In this document: positions 62,747 to 64,000 of the stretch, piece by piece | How positions within the stretch are numbered: position 1 is the stretch's first letter | Layout of the letters: each line of letters begins with the position of its first letter | Source: Candidatus Latescibacterota bacterium | Lineage (GTDB): Bacteria > Latescibacterota > UBA2968 > GCA-2709665 | Reading direction: 5' to 3' | Length of the DNA stretch: 64,000 nt | Assembly (NCBI GenBank): GCA_965226795.1 | Contig: CBDDDZ010000003.1 | Location: 1-64,000 of the forward strand | Made by a program: the position numbers and the translations under genes | The notes under the pieces: model-generated | The model's input: the letters and a program-made list of their open reading frames with translations, nothing else | Told to the model about the DNA's origin: nothing | Database searches by the model: none

Positions 62747-64000
62747 ATGAAAACCGGACGCACGTTGCATACGGAGGATGGGGTCCGCCGGATGAGGGAC
62801 CACGTGGAGCGGTTTCCCGCAGCCAAGAAGATCGCAACTGAGATTGTCGACAGGGCGGAGGTCTGGGCGAATCTCGATGACGCATACGTTCGCGACCTTC
62901 CGCCCCCCGCAGACATTTACCGGGGGTTTCTACCGTCGTTCGACGGATGTCCGGTTCACGGCGAGGCGGTTTTCCAGGCGCAGGGCGGGCCCTGGCAGGC
63001 GGATATCTTCAACCGTCCATGGAAAATAAAGTGTTCCGTGGGCGGCGAGGAGTATCCTTCGAACGATTTTATGGCGTTTCACGGAACCCGAGACCGTTCC
63101 TTGCTTTCCGGCGATTATTCGGACGACGGGCTGGGGTGGGATCCTGGAGACGGACGGCCCCGGTTCTGGTTCGCGGCGCACTACTGTTACCGTCTTTGGC
63201 ACCGGTTGATTCCGGCGCTTCAGGATCTCGGGCGGGCGTATCTGTTAACCGGAGACGCGCGGTACGGGCGCAAGGGCGCAATCCTGCTGGACAGGATGGC
63301 CGCGCTGTTTCCGACCATGGACCACGCGGCGCAGTCCTGGTACGGCTTGAACTATCAGGTAGGATATACGGGGCGTTTTCTGTATGCGGTTCAGGAGTCG
63401 TTCAACATCGGACTCTATGCCGAAGCATACGACAATCTGTACCCGGCATTGCGCTCCGACAGTGAAGTGCATGCGTTTCTGGAAAAGGAACCTGAAGCAT
63501 TGATCCGGCACGTGGAAGACAACCTGGTGCGGCAGTCGGTGCGGGATATCTGGGAGGGGAAGATCCGGGGGAACTACGGGCTGCACCAGGCTTCGGCGGT
63601 GAAGGCGCTGGTGGTGATCGATGACGGGGCATTCACGGATTGGGCGATAAATAAACTCGAGGGCTATACCGGATGCGGGCCCACGACGGCGGTATGGGCA
63701 TACGGCGTGGAGGGATGGGATCACGCGCTGGATAATTTCCTGTTCAGAGACGGCGTGTCGTTCGAGGTGGCCATCGGTTACTCGGCGGGCTGCTGGACGC
63801 GGTATATGCTGGATACGGACCTGGTACTGAAACGGCTTGGCAAACGTCGGTTGCCCGGGGAACACGTGCGTTCGCTGGGCAGCTGGTCCCGGCGGCTGGC
63901 ATGCTGGGGAGGCAAGATGCCATCTATCGCGGATACCGGCGCCGGGGTAACCTATCCTCAGTTGGATCATTCGTCGCTGCAGCGGTTCTTCAGGGGTTTC
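62747..64000 (+). CDS. Heparinase II/III-like protein, runs off the window
   Basis: AAAGGA RBS; MKTGRTLH..GCPVHG..PWKIKCSVGGEEYPSNDF..DDGLGW..AYLLTGDARY..GNYGLHQ..DGVSFE..Y; not in the ORF track because no stop falls inside the window. Confidence 0.75.
   Translation, partial: MKTGRTLHTEDGVRRMRDHVERFPAAKKIATEIVDRAEVWANLDDAYVRDLPPPADIYRGFLPSFDGCPVHGEAVFQAQGGPWQADIFNRPWKIKCSVGGEEYPSNDFMAFHGTRDRSLLSGDYSDDGLGWDPGDGRPRFWFAAHYCYRLWHRLIPALQDLGRAYLLTGDARYGRKGAILLDRMAALFPTMDHAAQSWYGLNYQVGYTGRFLYAVQESFNIGLYAEAYDNLYPALRSDSEVHAFLEKEPEALIRHVEDNLVRQSVRDIWEGKIRGNYGLHQASAVKALVVIDDGAFTDWAINKLEGYTGCGPTTAVWAYGVEGWDHALDNFLFRDGVSFEVAIGYSAGCWTRYMLDTDLVLKRLGKRRLPGEHVRSLGSWSRRLACWGGKMPSIADTGAGVTYPQLDHSSLQRFFRGF

Overview
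GC-rich bacterial window, probably from a polysaccharide-degrading heterotroph; taxonomy cannot be fixed from sequence alone. Three zones are visible. (1) 1-12.4 kb: a + strand catabolic cluster (M81 peptidase, heparinase II/III-like, sialidase-like, GH36-like and unknown proteins) broken up by REP-like repeat clusters. (2) About 12.6-41.8 kb: a heavily rearranged accessory region. It holds candidate defence genes (Schlafen/AlbA_2, a NACHT/STAND ATPase with a C-terminal PD-(D/E)XK-like domain, HEPN plus REase-like), IS3/IS1595/IS1380 elements, a RelE-type TA pair, katG-bcp, four PhyH dioxygenases and many gene fragments. (3) 41.8-64 kb: mostly minus-strand metabolic genes (nadE, IMP cyclohydrolase, oxidoreductases), an AT-rich NYN islet, a cysK/yeiH deletion chimera and a partial heparinase-like gene. 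The most notable signals are missed by the ORF track. Three genes are split by an in-frame UGA at the redox-Cys position: two AhpC/TSA-like genes with U-R-R-S, and a UGSC-family variant with vicinal U-C and a large insertion. Each UGA is followed at 16-18 nt by a hairpin with the same C-AGUU loop, consistent with selenoproteins sharing a SECIS. There is also a three-copy dispersed promoter/operator-like element.
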